In this document: positions 38,227 to 46,781 of the stretch, piece after piece
Layout: each line of letters begins with the position of its first letter
How positions within the stretch are numbered: position 1 is the stretch's first letter
DNA from: a virus
Lineage: Duplodnaviria > Caudoviricetes
DNA: 64,000 nucleotides
Virus record (IMG/VR): IMGVR_UViG_3300037067_021710
Reading direction: 5' to 3' (one strand)
Notes under the pieces: generated by a model
The model's input: the letters and a program-made list of their open reading frames with translations, nothing else
Databases searched by the model: none
Told to the model about the DNA's origin: nothing
Made by a program: the position numbers and the translations under genes

Positions 38227-39699
38227 TTAAACTGCCCAGTTAGGAAGTGACGCTAGGGTGAGAAGACGAATGAACCCTTTATTTAGAATAAGGTAGTCCT
38301 CCACGGAGGCAGTATTTCCATCTATATAAAATTGGGGATATGCAAGAGACGCGCTGATTTCACATAGAGTTCCAAAACATAAGGAAGTATCAAGGCCCTC
38401 TAAAGGATTTTTGTAGGTGAGTAGCATCTCAGTAGGCTGAACTAATGCAGTATCACCATCTTCAGCGGGGACTTGATATACTTCGATTCCATCAAGTGTT
38501 CCAGCTAAATATAATCCAGTTTTATTTGCGCTTTCATTACTCTTCCAAAGGTCATGGTATGTTAAATACGTTACGGCTTTATAACCAGCAACGATCTTAT
38601 TAACTTCACCGCGTTTTATGCTCTGGTAAATTGCTCCACCAATGTCTCTGATGACTGCAAGAATTTTCTGTGCGTGTGACTTATAGCTAAGTTCACCAGC
38701 AGCAGCGAAGTCAGTGTCAAACGAGTATTGGGTATTTACTTTTGCAATGCTCTTTGCAATTCGAATAGCTTTATAGTCTTTCGACTTGGCATGCTCATCA
38801 CCTACAGCCCCAAGAAGAAGAGCTTCAGCATCATCAAGACCAGTCGTTCCTAGTAACAACTCAGTCATAGTAGTATATGAATACCCTAACATTTGAGGAG
38901 TTGCTTGAAAACGTTTCTTAGAAATACTTAAGCTTACTTTTGGATATGAAGAGTCAGTAAAACGAGCTGATTGCTCAGAGTCCCATTCAAAGTGAACAGT
39001 TACAGTGCTAGTAGCAGGAACAGCAACTGAAGTAACGATAGTCACAACGCCAGTAGCAAGAACACAAGTTCCACTCGATACAGTCCAAGTAGTATTCGCA
39101 ACAGCAGTTAAAGTACCATCACCAACGGTATCCATAGCAACAAGAATACCATCAATTAAAACTAAGGTTTTAAAAGGAAGAATTGGGTAATAACCACAAG
39201 TAATAGCATTCGAAGTAGAAGCATTACCAGCAGCAGACTTATCACCAGCAGTACCAGCTGAGTTGTAATATGCTTTTTCATAAATCTTATCAGCAGCTGT
39301 CTGACCTTTATCAGTAACAGTATTTTCATAAGTCATATCAATGAAGAACAATGCATCATCAGTCGTTGATAGGGGAACTTCAGTGAAAATATCTCCACGA
39401 TGAGAGTTAGCAGTACCGATTCGAACTATCTTTAGAACATTTTCAGGAGTTGTAGAAAAGTTCTGAGAGATAATAGTTTCATTAAGTTGTTTTAAATGGT
39501 TCTCTACGTTTTGAAGTGCACAAGCTACTCGACGAGCTTTATTTGCATTTTCATTATAAAGATCTTTAAGACCAATACCAATATCAGTCTTGACCCATTT
39601 TTCTAAAAGTCTTTGGCCACGTAATTGCTGGTTCTTCAAATGCTGTTTAGCTTGTTCATGAAGAACATCCTTACGGCCATGTTTTTGTATAGTTTTCAT
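38227..39699 (-). CDS. major capsid protein (T4 gp23-like)
   Basis: 490 aa; LLEKW, ALQNVE..L..LNE propeptide; downstream of protease-scaffold; highly expressed codon style; GAGG SD. Confidence 0.8.
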   Translation of the reverse strand: MKTIQKHGRKDVLHEQAKQHLKNQQLRGQRLLEKWVKTDIGIGLKDLYNENANKARRVACALQNVENHLKQLNETIISQNFSTTPENVLKIVRIGTANSHRGDIFTEVPLSTTDDALFFIDMTYENTVTDKGQTAADKIYEKAYYNSAGTAGDKSAAGNASTSNAITCGYYPILPFKTLVLIDGILVAMDTVGDGTLTAVANTTWTVSSGTCVLATGVVTIVTSVAVPATSTVTVHFEWDSEQSARFTDSSYPKVSLSISKKRFQATPQMLGYSYTTMTELLLGTTGLDDAEALLLGAVGDEHAKSKDYKAIRIAKSIAKVNTQYSFDTDFAAAGELSYKSHAQKILAVIRDIGGAIYQSIKRGEVNKIVAGYKAVTYLTYHDLWKSNESANKTGLYLAGTLDGIEVYQVPAEDGDTALVQPTEMLLTYKNPLEGLDTSLCFGTLCEISASLAYPQFYIDGNTASVEDYLILNKGFIRLLTLASLPNWAV

Positions 39700-39825
39700 A
39701 TAGTTTTCGTTTCCTCGATAAATTTCAAAATATTAAATTGTTTACGCTTGAGAGATTTCTCACGCTAAAGGAAGGTCTTCTTGACTTAAATCCTGTATAA
39801 TTGCAAAAGCAATAAACTTATTTTA

Positions 39826-39834
39826 TTATTAGTA
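39826..39834 (-). promoter_or_regulatory. putative late promoter TACTAATAA
   Basis: Upstream of major capsid gene. Confidence 0.65.
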
Positions 39835-39888
39835 ATGTGAAAAAATAAATTTATTTTATTTTTGATAATAAAAAATTTTTAAAATAAG

Positions 39889-40476
39889 TTATTTTAATAG
39901 ATTTTTTATAAAATTACCTTTATGGTCTTTTCCTTGTTTAACTTTAGCGGGCCAACTATGTAGAATATCTTTTAATAAAGCTCTTTGTTTTTCATACGCT
40001 TCATCTTCGTCTGGGCCCATCCAAAAAGATAAATACAATTGGTCTTCATCTATAACAATTTGTTCAACATATTTTTTTAAATTTGTTATGCGTTTAGGGA
40101 CATGTAATTCATTTTCAATTTTACCGTAATATTGTGCACCATGATCAATTATTTTATAATTATTGCTTAGAGTATCTCCATCCAAAATAAATAATACTCC
40201 CGAGTCTTGATAAACTTTATTATTTGGATGTCTGGAAAAGAATACTAAATCAGCTTCGTGCGGAGGAATTGGCTGAGTTGCAATAGTACTAAACGTACCT
40301 GGAGGGCTATCATTGTGAGCCATATATTCAAAATAAGCTAACTCTAATTCTTTTTGTTGCTCTTTATTAAGCCCTAAGGTATTTGTTTTACAAATATTAA
40401 AAAAACTATCAACAGTAGTATAATGGTAAATATTCCCAACTTGTTTAGCTTCTTTTAATGAAATATATCTTTTCAT
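39889..40476 (-). CDS. leader-bearing putative internal head protein; possible ADP-ribosyltransferase fold
   Basis: Leader MKRYISLKE; YHYT...FFSR...ENE. Confidence 0.65.
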   Translation of the reverse strand: MKRYISLKEAKQVGNIYHYTTVDSFFNICKTNTLGLNKEQQKELELAYFEYMAHNDSPPGTFSTIATQPIPPHEADLVFFSRHPNNKVYQDSGVLFILDGDTLSNNYKIIDHGAQYYGKIENELHVPKRITNLKKYVEQIVIDEDQLYLSFWMGPDEDEAYEKQRALLKDILHSWPAKVKQGKDHKGNFIKNLLK

Positions 40477-40478
40477 AA

Positions 40479-40487
40479 TTATTAGTA
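40479..40487 (-). promoter_or_regulatory. putative late promoter TACTAATAA
   Basis: 2 nt upstream of ATG 40476. Confidence 0.55.
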
Positions 40488-40495
40488 ACTTTAGC

Positions 40496-40531
40496 AAAAA
40501 AAAAAGCTACTGTGTTTTAAACAGTAGCTTT
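40496..40531 (-). terminator. rho-independent terminator after protease-scaffold gene
   Basis: AAAGCTACTGT/ACAGTAGCTTT stem with 10-nt T tract on minus strand. Confidence 0.8.
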
Positions 40532-40561
40532 AAATATATTTACAATTTTAAGGAGTCTTTG

Positions 40562-42040
40562 TTATTTACGGCCTTGTAACCAAGCGGGTTTTTCGGATTT
40601 TTTAGATTCAGAGAATTTTTTAATCTTCATACCATCTTGTGTCTTTACTTTACTTTTACTTTCAAATCTCATTAACTTCGCAACAGCTTCTTTAAGAGTT
40701 TTTGACTCAAGCAGATATTTTTTAATATCTTTTATTGCAGGGTTCTTTTTCATTTCCCGAGCAACAAAAGCATTAACATATGTTTTTTCTGCTAAAGGCT
40801 GTTTCTTAGAAGGACGAGGGTCTGAATTTCTTATAATTCTCTTTTCGCCATGATTGTAAGAAAACTGATAACGGCGTACTGATTCAGCTTTACGACCAGG
40901 TTCAGCAATCATTTCTTCATCATTTACTACTTCATCATCTTCATTAAGAGTTTCAGAATCCGCTACAACTGCATCAGGGTCTTCATTTACTTGGTCAAAG
41001 TCTTCTTCGATAATTTCTTCATCAGGATTGATAGCGTCGATATCTTCATCTTCATCAAGCCCATTAGGAACTTTATCTTCTATTTGACCATCATCAGTAA
41101 TTGTTTGCCCATTTTCATCTTCGTCTTCAGTTATTTCATCGGGTAGTTCATCAGTCATTTCATCATCTTCAGTAATAGGCTCTTCATCACCATCACCATC
41201 AATACCCATAACTTCTTCGTCTTCTTCCGCAATTTTTTCGTCTGAGTCCATATTACCGAGTTCTTCTTCAATCACTTCTTCTTCAGGAGTCATAGCATCA
41301 ATATCTTCGTCTTCAGCAAGTGAATTAGACCCAGAAGCTATAGTAGCTGCCGCTTTATTTTCTTTAGGATAGTCTTGGCGTTTTTCTTCTGAAGAATCCA
41401 TTTCTTCTTCAAATTTAAAACCACGTTTAATAAGCATCTGTTCATAAATCTTAATTCGTTTCTCTGCTTTAGCAAGAGACTCTTTGAATTTTTTAGATTT
41501 TTCTTTAAGATAATTAATATCAGAATCACGTTTGAGAGTGTCTTCCATAAGGTCAGTCATCTCACTTAATTTAGTGATTTCTAATTTTTTTGCAAGCTTA
41601 TGTTCAAAAAGCTTTTCAACTGCAGTAATGTCTTTTAACATCTCAGTTTCATTTTCTTTAAGACTAGAAACTTCTTCAGACATCTTCTTAACGTTTTCTT
41701 TAAGTTCGTCTACATTAACAGATTCATCAAGACCCACTTTTTCGATAATAGCTTTCGCTTTAGAATATTTTTCGTTAAGAGTTTTAAGTGCATTTTCATT
41801 TTCAATAACTTTAGCAGAAAGTTCTACAACTTTTCCCTCTGCAGTTTTCTTTTGTTCTTCAAGTTTTCCTTGAAGTTCAACAACAGTGCTATCTACACGT
41901 TCAGAAAGATCTTTAAGTTCTACAGGAACTTCAATATCTCTTAAAGTTTCAATAGCTTCTTTTAGATTTTCATTTTTACGTGCCATACGAATAGCTTCTT
42001 TAATACTATTTCGTAGTGTAGATTCTTGAAATTTTTCCAT
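40562..42040 (-). CDS. putative nested in-frame scaffold-only product (492 aa, MEKFQE...)
   Basis: Internal ATG 42040 with GAGGG SD and intragenic TACTAATAA at 42117-42125. Confidence 0.55.
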   Translation of the reverse strand: MEKFQESTLRNSIKEAIRMARKNENLKEAIETLRDIEVPVELKDLSERVDSTVVELQGKLEEQKKTAEGKVVELSAKVIENENALKTLNEKYSKAKAIIEKVGLDESVNVDELKENVKKMSEEVSSLKENETEMLKDITAVEKLFEHKLAKKLEITKLSEMTDLMEDTLKRDSDINYLKEKSKKFKESLAKAEKRIKIYEQMLIKRGFKFEEEMDSSEEKRQDYPKENKAAATIASGSNSLAEDEDIDAMTPEEEVIEEELGNMDSDEKIAEEDEEVMGIDGDGDEEPITEDDEMTDELPDEITEDEDENGQTITDDGQIEDKVPNGLDEDEDIDAINPDEEIIEEDFDQVNEDPDAVVADSETLNEDDEVVNDEEMIAEPGRKAESVRRYQFSYNHGEKRIIRNSDPRPSKKQPLAEKTYVNAFVAREMKKNPAIKDIKKYLLESKTLKEAVAKLMRFESKSKVKTQDGMKIKKFSESKKSEKPAWLQGRK

Positions 42041-42766
42041 ATGTTTCTTACCCTCATTTTCGTTTATATTAGAATCTTCAATTGCTTCTTTCAAAGATTG
42101 AATATTTTTTTCTTTATTATTAGTAATAGTTGCTTCTTTTGTTTCACTTAATTCATCATTTTTTTTATCAGTTTCACTATTGGGAGCCTGTTCTAAATTT
42201 TCATACGTGGCAAACACTTGTTGGGAGGGATTAATTACCGCGTCTCCCCAACGTTGTAAATCGTACGAATCTGGGTCAACAGTTTTTTCATCTTGTAAAA
42301 ACTCACCAAATCCCACACGACTTACTCCAATGGACCCACCAGCTTCAATAGTTTCTTTTATTAAGTCTCCATTATCTCCAACTAAATACCAATCACCATA
42401 ACTACAATGTTCCCCTAATTTAGGATTATGCCATACTCCACAAATGTTAAGGATAGAGCCATCTTCATCATCACCTGGATGATCAGCTAATGAAAGTGTG
42501 CCTTCAGCTATTCCTTCTTTTATAATCTTTTCATCTAAAGCTCTAGGGTATATACGGCCATTGAGATTTTCTGTATATTTGCTAACAGGAACATTTCTAA
42601 TTATATGTCTTGCTTTATATTGTTTTCCATCAACAGATTCAGTGAGAACTTCTTTTAAAGTTTCAATTTGGTTTGGCAATATATTTAATTGGCAATTCTC
42701 AATAAGAAGAATTTTACCTTTTGATTTAGCTTTTTCTTCTAAGGCTTGTCTTCGCTTTATATTCAT
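40562..42766 (-). CDS. prohead protease fused to scaffold/core protein
   Basis: gp21-like NLNGRIYP, LADHP, IGVSRVGFG, DAVINPS; then coiled-coil and acidic region rich in (L/I/F/V)xE. Confidence 0.85.
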   Translation of the reverse strand: MNIKRRQALEEKAKSKGKILLIENCQLNILPNQIETLKEVLTESVDGKQYKARHIIRNVPVSKYTENLNGRIYPRALDEKIIKEGIAEGTLSLADHPGDDEDGSILNICGVWHNPKLGEHCSYGDWYLVGDNGDLIKETIEAGGSIGVSRVGFGEFLQDEKTVDPDSYDLQRWGDAVINPSQQVFATYENLEQAPNSETDKKNDELSETKEATITNNKEKNIQSLKEAIEDSNINENEGKKHMEKFQESTLRNSIKEAIRMARKNENLKEAIETLRDIEVPVELKDLSERVDSTVVELQGKLEEQKKTAEGKVVELSAKVIENENALKTLNEKYSKAKAIIEKVGLDESVNVDELKENVKKMSEEVSSLKENETEMLKDITAVEKLFEHKLAKKLEITKLSEMTDLMEDTLKRDSDINYLKEKSKKFKESLAKAEKRIKIYEQMLIKRGFKFEEEMDSSEEKRQDYPKENKAAATIASGSNSLAEDEDIDAMTPEEEVIEEELGNMDSDEKIAEEDEEVMGIDGDGDEEPITEDDEMTDELPDEITEDEDENGQTITDDGQIEDKVPNGLDEDEDIDAINPDEEIIEEDFDQVNEDPDAVVADSETLNEDDEVVNDEEMIAEPGRKAESVRRYQFSYNHGEKRIIRNSDPRPSKKQPLAEKTYVNAFVAREMKKNPAIKDIKKYLLESKTLKEAVAKLMRFESKSKVKTQDGMKIKKFSESKKSEKPAWLQGRK
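42117..42125 (-). promoter_or_regulatory. intragenic putative late promoter TACTAATAA
   Basis: In protease-scaffold linker, about 77 nt upstream of the internal ATG. Confidence 0.55.
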
Positions 42767-42791
42767 GTTTTTACCTTATTCATAATAGTAT

Positions 42792-42800
42792 TTATTAGTA
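42792..42800 (-). promoter_or_regulatory. putative late promoter TACTAATAA
   Basis: Upstream of protease-scaffold ATG. Confidence 0.65.
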
Positions 42801-42822
42801 TAAATTTTTAAATTTACAAACT

Positions 42823-42853
42823 AAAAAAGCTTAGGTTTTAATACCTAAGCTTT
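42823..42853 (-). terminator. rho-independent terminator ending the leader-gene array
   Basis: AAAGCTTAGGT/ACCTAAGCTTT stem plus T tract. Confidence 0.8.
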
Positions 42854-42878
42854 ATTCTTTAATTATTGTTTATATTTT

Positions 42879-43175
42879 TTATTGATATACTATACCAGAA
42901 TCATCTAAAATAGAAATGTCTTTAGAATCTAATTTCTGTTTATGTAGTAATTTACCCCGGATTCTTATAAGTTGGCGTATATTATAAGCTTCATCTTCTA
43001 AGTGTTTATTATCTTTAACATATTGATCAATAGCCCCAATTATATTTATGCCTTCTTTTAAATGAACACTATAAGGTGATTTCCATTTCTTATGACCTTG
43101 ATTATACCCATCAAGATGATTTTCTGCAAATTTGAATTTGTATTCTTTTGATTGATTTTTCATAGTACCTTTCAT
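42879..43175 (-). CDS. putative internal head protein (variant leader)
   Basis: ...KEYKFKFAE. Confidence 0.55.
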   Translation of the reverse strand: MKGTMKNQSKEYKFKFAENHLDGYNQGHKKWKSPYSVHLKEGINIIGAIDQYVKDNKHLEDEAYNIRQLIRIRGKLLHKQKLDSKDISILDDSGIVYQ

Positions 43176-43190
43176 ATGTTATATTTGTTT

Positions 43191-43457
43191 TTACGCTTGT
43201 CTAATAAAGTCAATTTCAATTTTATTGCTAACTTGTTCTACATTTCCACAAGCGAATCCACCGCCAAATTTAGCTCTTATTTCGTCTGTAATTTTGTCTA
43301 CTGTTTTAGAGTCAGTGCCATCTCCAGTACCTAAAGCAGTCTTAATATCTCCGAAGTCTTGAGGATAAGCAATTGTTATACTATTTTTACTGTGTGATAA
43401 TATTCTTCCTTTCGAAAGAATACTACTTTCTTTTAACTGTGACTTATATCGTTTCAT
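43191..43457 (-). CDS. leader-bearing putative internal head protein
   Basis: MKRYKSQLKE. Confidence 0.7.
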   Translation of the reverse strand: MKRYKSQLKESSILSKGRILSHSKNSITIAYPQDFGDIKTALGTGDGTDSKTVDKITDEIRAKFGGGFACGNVEQVSNKIEIDFIRQA

Positions 43458-43639
43458 TTTTTCTTTCCCCCAAATAATAATTTACCAGCTCCAAATAGAT
43501 ATCCTATTTGTTTTAATCTCTTAATATCAACAGCCATACTTTTTAGTACTGAGATAATAGTGTCTTCTTTATTTTCAAACGTCTCTTTATCAAGTGCTGA
43601 AAAGTCTGCTTTTTCTGTGTATTTGCTTTTGTATTTCAT
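43454..43639 (-). CDS. leader-bearing putative internal head protein
   Basis: MKYKSKYTE. Confidence 0.65.
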   Translation of the reverse strand: MKYKSKYTEKADFSALDKETFENKEDTIISVLKSMAVDIKRLKQIGYLFGAGKLLFGGKKK

Positions 43640-43645
43640 ACTAAC

Positions 43646-43858
43646 TTATTGTGTAATTTCAATTTTTTGTTTTTGTAAAGCTTCTAATGCATTTTGATAA
43701 TCATTTTTATTATTAAAAACAATTCTATTTGAATAGTCTTGTTTAAAAGGAATTCTTATATCATGCAATATATCCAAAGTTTTTTGTACATTGCCTCTAT
43801 ATAAAGAAACTTCTATAATAAACTTTGCTTCTTTTAAAATTGATTTATATCTTTTCAT
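43646..43858 (-). CDS. leader-bearing putative internal head protein
   Basis: MKRYKSILKE. Confidence 0.7.
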   Translation of the reverse strand: MKRYKSILKEAKFIIEVSLYRGNVQKTLDILHDIRIPFKQDYSNRIVFNNKNDYQNALEALQKQKIEITQ

Positions 43859-43889
43859 TATTTACCTCAAAAAGTTTTCTAATAATTTT

Positions 43890-44261
43890 TTAATCATAAA
43901 CGGGCCCTCTATAATTATCAGCTTTTAATGTGCTAATTGAAATATAGATATAGGGCGTATTTTTATTATCACTTAAATTATCTTCATTCATATGAACCTG
44001 AATTTTATCTTTTAAATTTTCATATGATGTAACATCACTTTGTTTATATGAGTCATCATAAATATGAAAATCATTCTTTTCTAACCAATGTTCAATAGCT
44101 TTAAAAGCAGAATCTTTTGCCTTCACTCGGTAAAAATCTTTTCTGTCAGGTACTTTAAATGGCTTTAAACTATCTTTATCTAACCCAAAATTCTTAGCTA
44201 ACTCATTAGCTACTTTTTGTGGTGAAGTTGATTCTTTCAAAACTGATTTATATCTTTTCAT
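43890..44261 (-). CDS. leader-bearing putative internal head protein
   Basis: MKRYKSVLKE. Confidence 0.7.
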   Translation of the reverse strand: MKRYKSVLKESTSPQKVANELAKNFGLDKDSLKPFKVPDRKDFYRVKAKDSAFKAIEHWLEKNDFHIYDDSYKQSDVTSYENLKDKIQVHMNEDNLSDNKNTPYIYISISTLKADNYRGPVYD

Positions 44262-44537
44262 AGTTCTCTTTTATATTGCTTTAATATTGTTAAGACCATA
44301 TTCTATTGAGACTCCTTTAAGTTCTGGTAAGTTAAATTTTACATTTGCTTTATGAGCAATCCTATCAACAAAAGTAACAATACCTTTAGTACCTTTCTTA
44401 ATTTTAACATTTGTAAGAGTATTTTTTCTAAAAGGCTGTTCTATAATTTTATCTATTAAAGTTTTAACTTCTTTACCTTCAAGAGTATCGTTGTCCAAAG
44501 AGGTATTTTCTTTCAAAACTGATTTATATCTTTTCAT
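44232..44537. repeat. identical 30-nt direct repeat (44232-44261 and 44508-44537) encoding the leader MKRYKSVLKE
   Basis: ttctttcaaaactgatttatatcttttcat twice; identity ends exactly at the Glu codon. Confidence 0.9.
44271..44537 (-). CDS. leader-bearing putative internal head protein
   Basis: MKRYKSVLKE. Confidence 0.7.
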   Translation of the reverse strand: MKRYKSVLKENTSLDNDTLEGKEVKTLIDKIIEQPFRKNTLTNVKIKKGTKGIVTFVDRIAHKANVKFNLPELKGVSIEYGLNNIKAI

Positions 44538-44778
44538 CATCAATCACCCTCCGAGGTTCTTCTAATAATTCTTCACCAAGCTCTGTACAATAATTCCCTA
44601 ATCGCTTAAAGAATAATCGAGCTTCTTTAGAATTTATATGGAATAAATTTATAATAAGCTTAACGAATTTTCTTCGTTGAGCATCATTTCCAAAATTCTC
44701 ATCACGTAGCATACGGACTATTTCTGCTACTTCTGAATCTTCTAGTTGTTCATTGTATTTTGATTTGTATTGGGTCAT
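44524..44778 (-). CDS. leader-bearing putative internal head protein
   Basis: MTQYKSKYNE. Confidence 0.65.
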   Translation of the reverse strand: MTQYKSKYNEQLEDSEVAEIVRMLRDENFGNDAQRRKFVKLIINLFHINSKEARLFFKRLGNYCTELGEELLEEPRRVIDDEKI

Positions 44779-44952
44779 TTATTTTAAATAGTGCTTTTTA
44801 AAATATTCAACAAGATTTTTAAATACAAATTCTTCATCATCATTAGGAAAATAGTCTGCTATATTACTGTGTAAAAGCTCACAAACTGACTTAATATCAC
44901 CTATATTTAGCTGAGCAGATACTTCACTAAGTTTACTTTTGTACTTTTTCAT
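44779..44952 (-). CDS. leader-bearing putative internal head protein
   Basis: MKKYKSKLSE. Confidence 0.65.
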   Translation of the reverse strand: MKKYKSKLSEVSAQLNIGDIKSVCELLHSNIADYFPNDDEEFVFKNLVEYFKKHYLK

Positions 44953-44957
44953 TATTA

Positions 44958-45299
44958 TCACCTATTTGAATAAGCTTTATTTACTATTTTATTTAAAAAT
45001 CCTATATTTCTCCAGGACCCTAGATATTTGTTATTAATATTTTCGATGTCTCTACCATATTCTTTTGCTATCTGAGCTAAAATTATGCTATTAAGCTGTC
45101 CCTCAATGAAATCATCATCATAGTCTAGCTCAATTACTTTGTCAGGCAATTCTTCTTTAGTATGAGCATCAATATACTTTGATAACTTAGCAGAACCTTT
45201 TACATTTATTTGAATTTTAAAATTAAATTCTCCCAAGTCTTCAGATCCGTTGTAAGAAGCATTTTTTGTTTCTGTTAATCTACTTTTGTACTTTTCCAT
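44958..45299 (-). CDS. leader-bearing putative internal head protein
   Basis: MEKYKSRLTE. Confidence 0.7.
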   Translation of the reverse strand: MEKYKSRLTETKNASYNGSEDLGEFNFKIQINVKGSAKLSKYIDAHTKEELPDKVIELDYDDDFIEGQLNSIILAQIAKEYGRDIENINNKYLGSWRNIGFLNKIVNKAYSNR

Positions 45300-45662
45300 T
45301 TATATTACCTCTTGTTGTATTATTGCTTTACCACTTACAGTAAAAGCTGTTTTTGCATCATTATACATTATATTAGTAAGACCATACTTGGCCAATGTTT
45401 CATTCACTATTTGAAAGGCTTCATCAGTTGGGTATACAATCGTTTCACCAGAATAAATTGCATCTTTCACAAATTTATCATCTTTGACTGAATACTTAAA
45501 TGTAAACGTAAACTTTACATTGTCTTTATCAGAAGTGCTATCCTTCTCTGGTACAATAAATAGTACTGAGGTTTTGAATGCTTTGTTGAAGTCATTCATT
45601 ATTTCAGTAAGAATTGAATGAGACTCTGGAACAGCTTCTGAAAATCTTGATTTATATTTCAT
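45300..45662 (-). CDS. leader-bearing putative internal head protein
   Basis: MKYKSRFSE. Confidence 0.7.
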   Translation of the reverse strand: MKYKSRFSEAVPESHSILTEIMNDFNKAFKTSVLFIVPEKDSTSDKDNVKFTFTFKYSVKDDKFVKDAIYSGETIVYPTDEAFQIVNETLAKYGLTNIMYNDAKTAFTVSGKAIIQQEVI

Positions 45663-45669
45663 AATTCCT

Positions 45670-45855
45670 TTATTTATAAGTCTTCATTTTATCTAAAATT
45701 TCAACAAATTTATCTCTTGCATATCCTGGGGTTACAACAAACACATGAGCAATTTTTTTAATGTCTGGCATAAGGGATTTGGCTAAATCTTCAAGTTCAC
45801 TTTCTAATGTTGCATCTTTAGTTGCTTCTGAAAATCTTGATTTATACTTCATCAT
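45670..45855 (-). CDS. leader-bearing putative internal head protein
   Basis: MKYKSRFSE. Confidence 0.65.
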   Translation of the reverse strand: MMKYKSRFSEATKDATLESELEDLAKSLMPDIKKIAHVFVVTPGYARDKFVEILDKMKTYK

Positions 45856-46076
45856 TTTTCCTCTATAATTTTCTTTAAATCATTAATACATTTAGTAATA
45901 ATAGCTTGATATTTACTACCATCATCTTCGTCTATAAGCCCTTGAATAGTTTTTTGTCTTCCTAAAGTTACCCATACTTGCCATAACCCTGACCCCTGAT
46001 CTTTATTGCCAAAAGACACTTCAAAATTTATTAAATGAAGACTATTTTCTGTCAATTTACTTTTGTATTTTTCCAT
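45852..46076 (-). CDS. leader-bearing putative internal head protein
   Basis: MEKYKSKLTE. Confidence 0.7.
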   Translation of the reverse strand: MEKYKSKLTENSLHLINFEVSFGNKDQGSGLWQVWVTLGRQKTIQGLIDEDDGSKYQAIITKCINDLKKIIEEK

Positions 46077-46077
46077 A

Positions 46078-46431
46078 TTATAACGCTCCAGCCATTTTTT
46101 GAAGATCTTTTAATGATACATTGATATAATTTGTTTCGGAATTGTCTCCATTTAATTTAATTCGTGGATAAAATTCTCCCGCCTTATTTTCTTTTATAAA
46201 ATCTAGTATTGCTTTTTTTAAATATTTTGTATCTGAAGAATCACTAAATTCAGTTAATTTACTTTTATACTTTTCCATTTTAAACTCCTCTGATAATTTA
46301 TCGTAATCTACATTGTTAGTCCAATCACTATCAAAAACCCATTTGTCTTTTTCTGAAGCTTTATCTTTAGAGCCATGCTTAGAACGCAGAGACTGTATCA
46401 TTTTAAATTGAGATTTTGATTTTGCTGGCAT
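46078..46431 (-). CDS. MPAKSK-type peptide fused in frame to a leader-bearing protein (internal start 46278)
   Basis: Internal MEKYKSKLTE at residue 52 with GAGGAG SD. Confidence 0.65.
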   Translation of the reverse strand: MPAKSKSQFKMIQSLRSKHGSKDKASEKDKWVFDSDWTNNVDYDKLSEEFKMEKYKSKLTEFSDSSDTKYLKKAILDFIKENKAGEFYPRIKLNGDNSETNYINVSLKDLQKMAGAL

Positions 46432-46437
46432 TATCTT

Positions 46438-46746
46438 CTACATTTCTGGAGTGATATATACAGTCCCAGAGTCATACCATTCTAATTCAAATTTGTATTT
46501 TTTAAGTAAAGATGCAAACTCTTTTAAAACACCAAATTCATCGTATAGTGCAGGATATTCATCATAGCCGTATGCGTCAAAAATGTTTATATCATCTTTA
46601 TTTAAAGACACATCTCCACCAAGTATAACTTTAGTATCATTGACTGTAGCTAATTTAAAATGTCCTTTTGGGTATTTTGACTTTAACACAGATAAAAAAG
46701 ACTCGAACGATGTTGATTCTAGCAATTGTGGTTTATAACGTTTCAT
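46438..46746 (-). CDS. leader-bearing putative internal head protein
   Basis: MKRYKPQLLE. Confidence 0.7.
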   Translation of the reverse strand: MKRYKPQLLESTSFESFLSVLKSKYPKGHFKLATVNDTKVILGGDVSLNKDDINIFDAYGYDEYPALYDEFGVLKEFASLLKKYKFELEWYDSGTVYITPEM

Positions 46747-46766
46747 TTTACCCTCAAATAGTTTAA

Positions 46767-46775
46767 TTATTAGTA
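46767..46775 (-). promoter_or_regulatory. putative late promoter TACTAATAA
   Basis: Intergenic, within the leader array. Confidence 0.6.
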
Positions 46776-46781
46776 CAAATT

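Noticed and set aside
40900-41330. tcttcatc/tcatca low-complexity DNA as a non-coding repeat
   Set aside because: Explained by Asp/Glu-rich codons of the scaffold.
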